DNA of 64,000 nt, from assembly GCA_965178125.1 (NCBI GenBank), contig OZ237774.1, positions 496,001 to 560,000 of the forward strand, written 5' to 3'. The stretch comes from Bilabrum cf. latius (taxonomy: Eukaryota). A program made the position numbers and the translations under genes. Below the pieces are notes generated by a model. That model searched no databases. It saw only the letters and a program-made list of their open reading frames with translations, and had not been told where the DNA came from. Of this stretch, positions 1 to 23,592 are shown in pieces. Every line of letters starts with the position of its first letter. Positions within the stretch are counted from its first letter, which is position 1.

Positions 1-9384
<9,384 letters not shown>

Positions 9385-9535
9385 TCCTCGCACTGCAGTG
9401 CAGTGCACGCATCATCGCGGGCAAGTGTTGGGGCTAATGGCGATAACTAGACACAATTATGTTTAATTCTGTGGTGTGCGCCGGTGCAGTGCACTGTGCG
9501 AGCATCCTGGCGCTCCCCTCGCTCGGATGATCGGA

Positions 9536-10092
9536 TCAGGCAGTACGCACGATGATGTGCAAACCGCTGTCCGAATCTACCACCCCAGACAGCTGGCCCA
9601 CGTTGAGCGCAAACGATGCATCCTCAAACGCCTTCTGCATCATCCCGGGCCCGAACTCTCCCAGGTCGCCTCCTTTGGCCGCACTGCCGCAATCCGATTC
9701 CGTCTTTGCGAGCTCTGCCAGCTTGGCGGCGGGATTGTCGGCTTCTTCGACCTGCTTGCGGAAGGCGAGCAGCCTCTCCATTGCTTGCTCCTTGGTTCTT
9801 GTGATGGGGTCTTCCCTCCAGGAGGCCGGCCGCCGAGACCCGATGTGCTTGACGAGCAAGTGCGATGCTCGCACAGTCGAGACCGCCTCTGCGGGCGCGT
9901 CGGGCCGTTCCCACTAGCTCTTTCCGGTGTGTGAATTCACATAGTACACTGCGCAGGCAAGGTATCCAAAGCCAACAAGACAGTGCGACCGCGACGCATC
10001 ACGCACTATTGATCCAACAGGTGCGGCGGCTCACCTACTCCAGGCTTCGATCTAGATTCTCCGACAGACCATCCAGCAGGGAGATCTTTCAT
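9536..10092 (-). CDS. PIN1: Peptidyl-prolyl cis-trans isomerase Pin1/Ess1 (WW + parvulin), 2 exons
   Basis: Exon 1 10092-10035 (MKDLPAGWSVGESRSKPGV), GT-AG intron 10034-9949, exon 2 VYYVNSHTGKS[TAG 9914-9916]WERP...VRASHLLVKH...SDCGSAAKGGDLGEFGPGMMQKAFEDASFAL...SGLHII. Ends at TGA 9536-9538. Confidence 0.95.
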
Positions 10093-10277
10093 TGCAGCAT
10101 CTATTGCGCTACTCGAAGCGGCCATCGAAACGCAGGTATGCTTGTCTTATATCAATCGTTCTTTCCCGTCCGTTCCGGTTATTGTTTATCCGAGTTGTAC
10201 ACTTTCGCGGCGCCAAGTTGGTTCCGCATGCCGAACGGATTCATCCGGCACTGCAACCTAGGTCTACAGAGCTTCGA

Positions 10278-10583
10278 ATGGCACTTGCAGGAACTACACA
10301 GTACGATCACATGCCGGTTCATGACCGGTTGTACTCTAGCATCACCGGACTGACGAAAGCGGAGCGAAAGGCGCTTACTGAAGCATGGCGGCCGCCGGCT
10401 GCTCAGTCCGTCGCTGACATGCAGAAGGAGCTAGGCAAGAAGGCGACCGTCACGCAGGTGGCTGGACATGGTCTTCGAATTGTTGAGTATCCTCCGGGGC
10501 GCCAGAATGAGCAGAAGAAGGATCCAGACCTCACCCATCCATCGAAATGCCGAAGACCTGACGGCGGCTTCTACTCGAGCTGA
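10278..10583 (+). CDS. Small protein, possibly a CFAP276/C1orf194-like axonemal protein
   Basis: ATG 10278 to TGA 10581-10583, head-to-head with Pin1. The N-terminal PVHDRLY and C-terminal RRPDGGFYSS resemble the CFAP276 family from memory; needs an HMM check. Confidence 0.45.
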   Translation: MALAGTTQYDHMPVHDRLYSSITGLTKAERKALTEAWRPPAAQSVADMQKELGKKATVTQVAGHGLRIVEYPPGRQNEQKKDPDLTHPSKCRRPDGGFYSS

Positions 10584-11061
10584 AGAGAGTAATTATAGTG
10601 CCTGAACTAATACGTATACTTAATGGATGTATATCATTGCGCGTCATGTATTTCTATTCGGCGTTTTTCGGGAAACACACTCCGGCTGCACCACAGCGTT
10701 CTGGAGAGCAGCAGTCCCCGCTCCCTAAGCGAATGAGGATGTGTGATTTGCTTGACCATCCACTCCTAATGCGTTTACTGTGCCATGCAAACCGCGTCAT
10801 GCCAGGTGGTTTGGAGTCTACTCACGGTGCTGCCTAGTAGCTGCCAAGTGAGTGATCCGGGGGTGGCAGGCATCCAGCACGAGTTGAAGGCATCATGATG
10901 TAGACTCGGCAAGAGCCTGTATAGGCAGTGCTGATTGAGATCAAGACCGTGTTTAAGAGATTTATCACGTCAGACTGATGCAAGAAGCTCTGGAAGTCAC
11001 TCACTGGCAGCACTGGCACTGCCACTTGCCCAAACAGAGAGTGCCTCACCGCTGGCATGCA

Positions 11062-12589
<1,528 letters not shown>

Positions 12590-12664
12590 TCATCACACCA
12601 ACTTGAAGTTGCAGCAACAAATAGTAGGCCTTTCTATGCAGTGTTCTAGAGCCCCACGGGGTCC

Positions 12665-15600
12665 ATGAAGGATTCTGGTACCATACAAGTCTTTCTACCG
12701 GAGGGGCCGCTCGTGTACTCTGTGGATGCGGCCGCAAATGCGCTGAGAATACCAAACCAAACTCGGGGAAGCCGTGTAGAATCTCATCGGAATCCTAGTA
12801 TGCCGCATGGCTCCACTGATATGGCATGCGATGGAATTCTGATCGGCTGGAGCGCTACCCGCTCGCGAGCCTCCCAGGTAGTAGTCTCTGCTGCTCTACC
12901 CGCCAGTGTGTCTGCTGCAATCGCAGTGGCAATGTGTGACGGCTTCGCGGACAATCGATCCACCAGGCGGCTGCTTCGATGGATAGGGAACCACAAACCA
13001 AGCATAATAGGTCGCTGGTACGCAAAAGGTGCTGCACGGGCCGAAACACCCTCAACGCCGAGTGCAAGCGAGCGCGAGTGCGAGCAAGTGCCCCCGGCGC
13101 AGCGCGAAAAGCTGCTCGCCCTGCAGCGGGAATTGAAACCGACATGTCCTCTCGTGCTTCTGCGTGTGAGAACAGCACGCAGCGGCGAGCAACGCGTTAG
13201 TCTAGAGGCTCTTGCTCGCGGTCCGACTGAGAGGCCGGCCGTTGTGGCGGGAGGGTCGGGCAACACCGGCCTCGCACCTGATTCTGATTCCGATTCCGGC
13301 GGGCTGCACGCCTGCTAGGGCCAGGGCATTTCACCCCCTACCAACCAATGTTCTCACTCGTCACACCCCCGCGCGGTGCTGGTGCGGCACCCGCTCCTGC
13401 TAGGCCCCCTCGATGCGATGTCCAGCGAGGCGTGGGGGGCTCCGATGGACGACGAGGCGAGGGGTGTGACGAGTGTGACGCTGGCGGGCGCCATGCGGCG
13501 GATCACCGCGGGCGTAACCCTGCGATCCGCACTCGTCACACTGGGGGACAGCCGCCGCTGTCTCGGGGCGGGGGATGCGGGGGCCGTTCGATCGGCGGTG
13601 GGAGGTCTGGGACCTGGTGGGCTGGTGGGCTAGGCCGGGGCAGCGCGGGGGTCTGTGCCTCTGGCTGTGGCTTGTAGGGCTGTTGGCAGGGCGCTGGGGC
13701 AGGGGCAGGGGCACATGTAGGAAGGGGGATTGGGAGAGGGAGAGGGAGGTGGGTCAGGTGCCGACAATGGACAGGATCGACAGACCAATAGACTATAGAG
13801 CTGTCGGTCGATCTTCTCCTATGCATTGTGGTACCCTGTAGCCGTGGTAGTGCTCGCCATTTCGGTGCTGCTGCGCGTGGCGGTGGCAGCGCCCCTGCTG
13901 TGGGTGCTGGCGGTCGATCGGCCAGTGGCGTGCGGCGAGTCACCAACGCCGAAGGGAAGCGGGTCGCCATCGAGGAGCGGCGGGTCACCAACTGGGCCTT
14001 CAGGGCACAGCTCCGAGCCATAGGGTAGTGCACTGCAGCGCAATGCACCCTCTGCTCGCCTGCAGCTGCTGTCGCCCACCACGAATGCATCCACGAGGCA
14101 AACGCGGGAACTGCCTCACCCCAGGGGCGCGGTTGAAGAGACGGATCCTAGGGAACAGTCGGGGGCAGACGAGGAGAAGGAGGGGCATAGCGCTGCAATG
14201 GCTCCACCGTCTCCAGCCGCAGAAGCAGACCCGCTGGCATCGCCATCGCCATCGTCATCGGTATCGCCGTTTTCGCCATCAGCTTCTCCTAGGGAGCAGC
14301 AGCCAAACGCGGCATCGGAGGATGGCCAAGAGGCATGCGGCCGTGCCTGCAGTGCGATGCACTCGGGGCCCGTCGCTCCCATGGGTCTCTTTCTGGTGCA
14401 GGGCACTGCAGTGCAGCCCTGCTGGCCCTTCCCCCTTGCCAGCCGCAGCTTCTTCGCCCAGCAGCTCAGGCGGCGGCTCGAGGGCGCCTGCAGGGTGCCT
14501 TCTGCTCTCAGGAAGAGCCAGCGACTGGAGGGGGGGTGGATGCACCCCAGGGTGGGGGCAGAGCACCTCCTGAGGGTGAGGGGGCAGATGGGGGCGTTCC
14601 TGCTCGACGTGGCACTCGGGTGGGTGCTGGTGGCTTGTCTCGCGGGTTGGCCGCAGCTGGCATCACATGCGACCAGCGGGTTGAGGAGCATCGCATCCCT
14701 GGTGGCGGGGCGACCCGTGACCGACACTCTCCGGTGGTTGATGGGCATTCCGGGTGGTCTCAAGCTGAACCACAGAGCGGGCCGTTGGCTGGGCCTGCTT
14801 GCTGTGAGGGTCATGGCTTGGTGGGGCGGGGTGCTGGGGTGGGTGCTGCAGGGCGGGACCAGGATCGTGTGGGTTCTGGCATGCGTGGGCGCATCCGGCG
14901 GACTGACGCTTTCCCTGGCTGCACTCGTTGACATGCTCCGGGTGGCTGCTCTGCCGTTGATGACCTTGCAGTGGGTATGCGGGCGGGCCGTGCACTCGCT
15001 GCAGTGGTTGCTCTACTCTCTCGCACTGGCGCTGCAGGGAAGGAAAAGGAACGTTCTGCGGCAGCGGACCGATTCGCTGCACCTGGGCACGCCCCAGCTG
15101 CTCGTGGCTGCGCTCGCTTTCACCGCGGCTCTGCTGTTCCTGCCCACGCCGGTCGTGTATCACGTGTTCTGTGCGTTGATCGCGCTGGGAATCAGAGCTG
15201 TCACGGTGGCAGCGGGGCTGGCCAGCGCCGTCGTGGACGCCGCGCCCCTGCTGAACCTGGCGCTGTACTGGATGCGGCCATCGGTGTTCCAAGCCGGGGC
15301 GTGGATGGAAGGGGTGAGGTATTCTGGGGTACAAGAGCTGCAGGAGTAGGATGAGGAGGAGGAGGGGCAAGACGAGCATAGCAGATGGGAACATGATTGC
15401 CTGGCAAAGACTGGCGGTGTGCTGCTGCTCATTGCCGGCCGAGATGCGGCGGGGAGGAACTAGACCCACGACAAAGGGCCAAAGAAGCCTGGTCCTTCCA
15501 TGGGCTCCACAGATCGGCAAGTGTCCGCTGTGTGCGTGTCCTTGCAGACCATGCATCTGAAGCGGGCCAGGGCCTCTGTGGCTGCCATCTAGAGACCGTT

Positions 15601-15829
15601 CCTGAGGGCACTGGGGCGGCTGATGGTGGCCGTGTCTCCGCACTCGTGGCTGCAAGTGTTCCTGCAAGGCCATCTGCTGCCTCCACTGCCGTCTCCTCTA
15701 AGTGGAGTGGGCTGGGGTGGTGCCAGGGAAGTAGCGTCAGGGGGTGACTAGAGAGGGGGTACCGGTGGCGGAATCGTGCAGTTTACGGCCGATACGTGGG
15801 CCGCTCTGTGGCACGCGGATTTGGTGTGA
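12665..15829 (+). CDS. PIGQ: GPI-GlcNAc transferase subunit PIG-Q/Gpi1, with low-complexity insertions; read with TAG=Gln
   Basis: One frame from ATG 12665 to TGA 15827-15829 with 9 in-frame TAGs (13316, 13631, 13718, 13796, 14021, 15347, 15461, 15590, 15749). Gpi1 motifs: LRWLMGIPGGLKLN, LALQGRKRNVLRQRTDS, LLFLPTPVVY. Confidence 0.85.
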
Positions 15830-16266
15830 GGCACGTTGCACCCCAACTTCGGATGAAGATGACCCTTGTTGGCTGGCAGCTCACACAACGTTCGCTCTGT
15901 GTGTCTACGTTTCTATTGCGGGCACGGTGCGTGTGGCTTCACGCATTGATCTGTGGATATGATGCATCGAGAATCATCCATCTCTAGCAACGAGCTAGGA
16001 GTGCAAGGACGGCACGACTGAGGCATCTGACTCGTTGCTCACGTTTGAGTCAAGAGTCACGCAGGTGACGTGACTCATGTGGATGCGGCGGCTCATGAAC
16101 CGTAAGCTGCATGCACATAGATATGCAATTGTGCAAGGTGGCTGTTTAAAGTCCTACAATCACCATGCAGACTACAAGCGACCGAAAGCGGTCGCTATGT
16201 GGCTGCAACGGAACCTCTTTCGCATTGCGGCGCCAACCCGTAGTATTCCGCCACTAAGCTTTCAGC

Positions 16267-18438
16267 ATGGAGTAGTACCCAACAGTGCTTAGTAGTACTG
16301 CGCTAAAAGATCTGTCGTTCAGTGCAGCTGCAGGGTCGATCGTCGGTCTGCTTACCTTGATCCTGTCGTTCGGAACAGACCTTTCGCAGAAGGTGGACTG
16401 CTGCAACGCACAGGCGGCCGATCATGCTCCCATGCTAATAAGTACTGCATAGCCGGCAATTATAGAGTTCAATGCAAGCTGCCAGGGATTTTCCACAGGA
16501 ACGAGCGCAGGCATGCTGGAGTTCTCGCCAGCTGGCACCACTGCCTCGTCAAGCGATGCCATCGTGTTTCATCCAAACACGGCTGGCTGCAGCTGCCTTG
16601 CCAGCCTTCTGCTCCCTTCATCCAACTCTGATTTTTAGACCGCATGGCACTCCAAGGAGCATCTCTGCCGCGCCAACGCGATATCATCGCGCATGAAACG
16701 TGCCAACTCCACGGACAGCGGGGCCATCCGCTCGTGCGCCATCGATGGCCTGGATGCATCCAGGTGCAAGTGCCTCGCAACATTTCAAGACAGCGACCTA
16801 GAGGAGTGGTGCAGCGGCATACCGCTGGCACTTGGCCTGGTGTGCGCATCCATTCTCGTGGCGGGTCTCATCGACTGCACCTGGGTCCCGCACAAGCCAC
16901 CCCTGAAGCACGGGGTGGAGCCCTCTTTGAAGGGAGTGCTGCTGTGTACGGGTCGGATGGGCGTGTGCAGTACCATGCTTCTCAGTCTTGGCGTGACTCT
17001 GCTCTTCTTCTTTAGCTAGACAGGCCTGGGCTGGGGTAGAGGTCCGCTGTACTCCCATGGGTAGGGTTGGGCAACTGCCGGTATTGCCTGCATCGTCGCC
17101 TCGGCTGGGACGATCCTCTTTGGCCAGGTCCTCCACGCGATCGTGGTGCCAGAGACTGGCCAGGTGGACCCCGGGAGGCACAACCCGGTGATTGAGCCCA
17201 TGGTGGGCCACATCACACTGGCCAAAGCGGCGCACTACGACATGCTGGAAAGATGCCCCATGCTGCGGGGCCTCGTGACTAGCGGCTCCTCGCCCCTTCC
17301 TCTCGGTGATGTGCAGCAATAGGCGGGACGTTTCAAGGTGATCTCGCTGTCAATCCAGAGCTTCGAGAGTGAGAGGGTGGCGACCATGCTGGCAGCAATC
17401 GACACGGTGCGCCTCAGCAACTTGGGTGCCAACCAGACGGGGTTAGTCAAGACTGCGTGGCCGTCACGTTCGCATGCGCACACTAGTCACAAAGGCCTCA
17501 CATGGGTAGAGTCGCTGTAGATCATCAAGCAATGGAGGGACGTTCGCAAGCACAGGTACCAGTTCCTGCCCATGCTTGCTCTCGAGACGCACTATTTTCC
17601 TCTCCGCGATGACTGCTACGGGGGTCTGGGACAGGTGGTCTACTGGACGTACCGGATCGTGGCTGATGTGCCTGCAGGGGAGCGGCGATAGCTACGGTTT
17701 AGGGGTATGCGAACAAAGATTCGGGTGGGCAAACACGACCGGTACTTGTCACGAGGACTCTTTCAGAGTGTGTCTAGCAAAGCCAGCCCCTAGCGCGTGG
17801 GCAAGGGTACGGGCACTACTAGAACAGATTCCGCGGCCATCGCAACTGGGGGGGCTGCTTCGGCCTGCTAGTCGCATGAAGAGGCTACGCAGGGGCCAGA
17901 CACAGGAGGATCATCGCCACCTATTGCAGACATTGCGGTGGCATCCTCACCAAGGACTGACGCAAGAGATGTAGAGACCGTGCTGCTCGATGACGATGAG
18001 GTATCTGTTCCCACCCGCCTGTTCCTGGTGTCCTCCCGCGGCGTGGTGCAAGGGCCGTCCATTCTCTTTGACTAGAGCCACCCCACGTGGGCCTCGGTCA
18101 CAATCGGCGGCACTGGCCTGTGCAAGGACGAGATCGATGCGATGTGGGTCAAGGCGGATGCCGTGGCTGACGTGGCGCGGCAGAACCGGGAGAGATACCT
18201 TGAAGGACTCATTGGCATCGGAGTCGGGTCGACCAAAGGCCCAAATGTTGCACAAACTGGGCCATACGTGCACTAGGAACAGGAACCCATAAAGCAGGGA
18301 CACTACTTTGAACTGGGGATATATCCAACCCAAAATGCCCAAGAGGTCGAACCGGACAAGAGCGATGAATTGATCCCCAGCTTTTACAAGGATTACGTGT
18401 CCCGAAAGAAAGCTCGCTGGTTACGTAACAAAAAATAA
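16267..18438 (+). CDS. Hypothetical multi-pass membrane protein (about 723 aa), visible only with TAG=Gln
   Basis: Frame +1 runs from ATG 16267 to TAA 18436-18438 with 12 TAGs and no TAA or TGA. Hydrophobic segments: SIVGLLTLILSF, IPLALGLVCASILVAGLI, TMLLSLGVTLLFFF, IACIVASAGTILFG. Confidence 0.7.
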
Positions 18439-18660
18439 TACATCTGCGATCCGGATGAGGGATCCGACAAATTGTGTGGCTTGCCGGAAGAATAAGGGAA
18501 ACAGCCGTCAAGTAGCCTTTAAATGTCATTGCCACAATAATGAAATATACGGGTAGATCTGTAGTTTATACTGATACGGGTATACCAATTATCATTGTAG
18601 ACCAAGACCAAAAGTTATAACTATGCACTGAGAAATTGACCGCCGAAGTTGCGTCCCGGA

Positions 18661-20716
18661 TTATCCCCAAACCCCGTGGATGGGACCATCGTAACTGTAC
18701 GGGTCCCCCACAGCAGAGGTCTAGTAGACTGACAGTTCATCAAATACTTGCACCAAGCTATTGGTAGTGAGGTATCCGATGGCGACCAGACTATAATGAC
18801 AGGCCAGCTCCCTTTTCTGGAGAATGTGGACGGATACCCCGTAACACGTTCGGATCTCGTTGATCCGACAGCCTCCCCTGCCTATGATCCTCCCAACGGA
18901 ATCTTGCAGCACTCTAAGGTAGTAGAATCGCTCGGGGCCGATGTGGTGAGAAGTGGGACCGAGGAGTCGTCCGATCCTACTGGGAAAAGGTTTCGAAGTA
19001 GAGCTCCGAAGAAAGGGCTGCTCGCGGTCCTAAGGTATCCACGCTACCGACAGTCGGCCTGCCACTGGAAAATCTGGATCGAACTCCACTCGGGCCAAGT
19101 AAAGTTGATCGTTTCGGCCCCCAAGTCTCTACCGGCAGTAATCGCGAAACGTGCCATCTAGCCACGGCCTGATTCGCCCTGTAGGCGCCTCCACTGGGTA
19201 GCCCAGCAGCGTAGACAGCACACCATCACGCTTGTTGCCTCCTACTACACAAGCATGTTTCCACAAGCCAACCATCTTGAGAACAGTAGGCGACACTTGA
19301 AAAGAGCGAGGTAGGGCGGACCCTCCACATGATGCCGTAGACTCTGCCACGCCTGACGTATCCGGACGTGAGTCAATACTGTCATCAACTACCTAAACGG
19401 CCATACACCAGGTTTCCCACGCTCTAGCTGCTTCTTCGCGGGAATACTACGGCGTAAACCTATGCAGTTCACGGAGCGCTGTGAGGGTGGGGTCCTGCTC
19501 GCTCTTCTTGCGGAGCGCCTTCTGTCGTCGATCCCGGATCGCCCGAATGCGCCGCTAGCTCTAGAGACTTCCGGGTTCCACGACATGCCGGGATCGCAGC
19601 TCTCTGGTGATCTCCATATCTAAGCTTAACTTGCGGCGCGTGTAAGCGATACACTGCCGCCTGCAGTTTGCCTGTGCTGCCAAAGCTAAAGTCCTCTCCG
19701 TGGCAGTGAGCAAAAGGGAGCCCCAGCACGCCGATTGAGAAGCAAGCCATTCCCGAATGGAACGCTGCAGGCGCACCGCCCCGCTACCAGGTCCATATTG
19801 ACCCGCTGCGCCCGGTCCATTATTAAGCTGAGCCAAAGTCATGCGCCCACCGAATTGGTCTGAACCTACCCTGCGTGGGCCTCCAGAGCCAACTACGTAA
19901 ATCTTAGCAAAGCAGGCTATCAGCCGTGTCTCCGTGGATTCTTGCTGCATGCTCGACAAGAGGAGCTACATGCATTCTTCCTGCCCGTTCATCACGGACG
20001 CAAACAAAGGGCTGCACAGAACCATGACTTTCGCGTCGGGAGCCAATTTTCCACTACGCCCAAACTCCCGGGCTCGAACTTCAGCTGACGCTTCGACGAA
20101 CCGATTGTCGGTGGGTGGAAGCAGCCCACCAGCGAGCTTCCCAAGCCTAATCCGCTTGCTTAGCTCCATCGGGTGACCACGTGCTGCCGCCAAGTGCATG
20201 ATGCGTGCGTCCCGCTTGGCCGCGACTGCCCTGCGGAACCTGAGCATTGCTGACCGTCGGATCGTCGGGTCGAGGTGTTTAACGGAGTCCAATTCGCCGT
20301 TTGGCACCAGTGTGAATATCTTGCTAATGAACTGCTATGGCCAGCCTTTGGAATCCTTGGCCAGGCGAATGAGTCTTTCGGCCGAGGGTCTTTGCGTTTC
20401 CCCAAAATCTTGACGAAGAGCCTGCAAAAAGTACGACACGTTTCGCGCATAGCTGACGGTGCTCACAAGCTAAAATTGGTCATAAGTTATAAAACTGTAT
20501 TAGGATGCAACTAATGCGGAAATGCATATCAAAAAGACTTACCAGTCTATCAATCATTCCAACCGCGATCCTGAAGGGTTCCTCTTGGCACCGTTGCAGC
20601 AGACGGACCACGCAACTGGCGTTTCCGCTATTTATTACTTGCGCTAGCACAAGACCATTAGTCTGCAAGATCACCGACTAGATACCAGCTTTTGTTTGAT
20701 ATTGAAGTCGCACAAC
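18661..20716 (-). CDS. Ankyrin-repeat-like plus C-terminal KH-domain protein (further 5' exons probably extend to about 21300); read with TAG=Gln
   Basis: The last exon, 20469-18661, is open except for 9 TAGs and ends at TAA 18661-18663. GT-AG intron 20542-20470. Ankyrin-like MHLAAARGH and SPLFASVMNGQEECM[TAG]LLL; KH motif YLRVLQDSVGRIIGRGGCRINEIR. Confidence 0.65.
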
Positions 20717-21620
20717 CTGACTGACATGCATTCAGATCCCGGATCCAGATCCATTGTTTTTAGATCCACACAATCCAGGCATTTCTCACTTCCGGGTGGC
20801 TCAATTTACTTTGCACGATCTGAAGCAGTTCAGTCATTCGTAGCACCTTCTGTGACAGAGGTTCTTGCCCATTAAAGGTCACGTTGGTTAACCTCTGTAG
20901 GCTACGTAGACATTGCGAAAATATAGCCTGGTGTACCCAGCCGAACTGCGAGTTTGGAGTCGAGAATGCGATTTGCAGAAGAGATATATAATGCTTTTAG
21001 CAATAACGTACTAAAAATTGAGCTGTAACATACCTGTTTACATTGTCTCGGGCATTCGTGTAATAGCTAGGCCAGCTCCTTGTAGTTCGTCTCCGTGAGA
21101 TCAGCAAGACACAAAATGATCCGGTCATTGCTACGAACATGTTCAAAGCTACTTCAAACAAAAAACATGCTAAGATTTGATTGATGGCACATCGGGGATG
21201 GTGTAGTGGTAACTAGAAGAACAATAGACCTACACGATCCGGGTTGGCGTCAGGCCAAAGACCATGAACCACACTAGTCTCACAGGTCAAAGTATCGGCT
21301 TTCGCGTACCTGAAGATCCATATTGTTCGACTGCAGTGTATTAGCACCTTAATAACAAGCCTGGTAGAATGATGATAAATCTAGAGTTCGACCGAGCATC
21401 TATTGGTTCCGGTTTAGGCCATCGCCAGTGCGAGTGGATCCAGATCCACTGGCAGCCGTGGTACCTTGTGGGCAGCCACCATAGCTTGAACAACTGAGAC
21501 AATCAAATGCCGCGAACGATGATAGTACATGTGTACACCTTGCTCTTGTGTGGCCAGGCCGGTGCCACAGTCGCCCATTTGGGATCGGACCAATCGCTAG
21601 CACAAGGCCCAGGTCTTTCT

Positions 21621-23592
21621 TCACCTCCTCCTCTTGGTCCTGCTCCTAGCTGCTCCTCCCGATGCAGCCCCCCCTGACGACGACGAGATCGAAGATGAAG
21701 CAGAGTTCCTAGTACCCCCTTTCCCCTTCTTCCCTTTTCCCTTCCCCTTGCTTTTGCTCTTGCTACGTGCCGCCGCCCCCAGCCCCGCCGCCCCTCTGTT
21801 CCCCAGCTCCGCCCATTTCTCCCTGTCCGCCATCTCGCCCGGCAAGCCCCCCTTGCTCACCCGCCCCATCCTCACTCCGTGGGCGAGGGTGAAGTAGCGC
21901 CCCCGCAGCCAGGTTTGACCACCCTTGGACTCGGGTGGGTAGTACAGCTTGGGGCCCGCCTGCACCCTGGCACGGGCACCGTGATACAGACTCACCGTAG
22001 GGTAGTACGCCCGTCCCGCAGTGACGTCAGTGAAAGCGACCCCCTGATCCACCCCGTTGACGAAGAACCGGACGAAGGACCCTGGCACCACAGGCACGCG
22101 CTCGTCCTGCCCCGCCACCAGGGCCCTAACCATGAGCTCGGGTCTGGAGACGATGGCCACACTGGGCGGGGGCGGGGGGACACCGAGGGCATGGTCTCCG
22201 CTGGCAGGTGCTGGTGCTGGTGCTGATGCTGGTGCTAGTTCAGCGGATGCAGCTGCTGCCGACGATGACGCCGTTGGTGATGACGAAGATTGCACCATAG
22301 GTGCTTGCCCCGAGGGGGCCGAAGACAAAGACGAGGAAAGAGTCGAGTGATGGTGCTCCTCTGCACCATCGTGCGCTGCACCCACCGGTGATCCCCCCGC
22401 CTTCCCCTTCCCCTCCTCTTCCTCCTTGTGCTGCAGCCGCTATTGTTGGCCATTACCGCTGCTGCTGCTGCTGCTGCTGCTTGCGCTGGTGCTCGACGAC
22501 TACGAGGCCATCTGCCGCAGCATCTTGACGGCGGCAGGGGGCAGCAGGTCGGTGCCCTGTCCCCGCGGCAAAAAGGGGGGCGCGGACCAGGCCCGCACCC
22601 CCTGCCCGTATGACGAGTGCGCGAACAGCCAGGACTCGGCGCCCACGGCCGGGGGACGAGGCAGTGCCGGTCCTTTGGCCTGTGACGAGTGCGGAATAAA
22701 CCCCCTCCTCCCCACCGGTTGCTTCTCCTTCTCCTTCTCTCGTTGTTCCCTGGCGATCCTCTGCTCCTCCATGGCCTTGACCACGGCCGGGGGGAGCGCG
22801 TTCGCGCCATCGCCGTCCGACCCCGCCCCCTGCCCCTGTCCCTGCCCCGCCCTGCTCCTGAGGTGCACCAGTCTGACACCCACCTCGGCTGCGTGCCTCG
22901 CGTCCATCTGCAGCCCCGCACGCCGCGCCAGGCCCTCGGCCAGCCCACCCTCTCTCGCCGCCACAACGCCACCCTGCCCCGCCGGGATGTGCAGCAGCAC
23001 GCCAACCACGTCTCCGCCGCCGAACGTGCGGCCGTATGCCGCGCGCACGCCGCGGTGCACAGACGAGCCGCTGTGTCCAATGATACCCCACGAGTGATGG
23101 TCCGCTCCCACGGGCAGCGCCGCGTCTGCTCCTTCTGTTGACCAACCAATCCTGCGCACGGTTCGAACTCGAACAGGCACAATGGCATCATTGAGCAGGT
23201 ATTCTGAACATACTCAAGGGAAAGATACAAGCAAATTATTAACAAGTTAAGTATCGAATGCCTCGAACTCACCGAATTGCAGACCCGATCGGCTGGTCCT
23301 TTGGCAGCAAAAACTCGCAATACCAAGTCCCTTCCGCCACACCTGCGGCTGCACGAAGCATGCAGTAGCCGCGCTCGCCTGTAAATTGTCTTCTATCCGA
23401 TGATAGGTTAGTGAATGATCGCTTGTCGTGGGCATTGAAAGGAACCTCTGATACGAGGTCACCGAACTGTACGCCTTGAGTACGTCTCTTTTTCGGCAAA
23501 GGCGGTAGGCTAGGGCCGCCAGCCAGCCCTGCACGGGTTCTTCGCCTTCCCAGTGCAGGCTTATCGCTACTTGCAGCTGTTTCGGCCTCCAT
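21621..23592 (-). CDS. ASH2L/Bre2/TRAUCO-like SPRY-domain COMPASS subunit, 2 exons
   Basis: Exon 1 from ATG 23592 (LSSDRRQFTGERGYCMLRAAAGVAEGTWYCEF), intron 23272-23152, exon 2 (RIGWS...PVGADHHSWG...YGRTFGGGDVVGVLL...GSFVRFFVNGVDQGVAF...YYPTVSLY). In-frame TAGs at 22500 and 22440. Ends at TGA 21621-21623. Confidence 0.8.

Noticed and set aside
15900-21600. Endogenous virus or transposon insertion suggested by lower GC
   Set aside because: No integrase, reverse transcriptase, capsid, terminal repeats or target-site duplication were seen. The genes have host-type introns or TAG-Gln usage.
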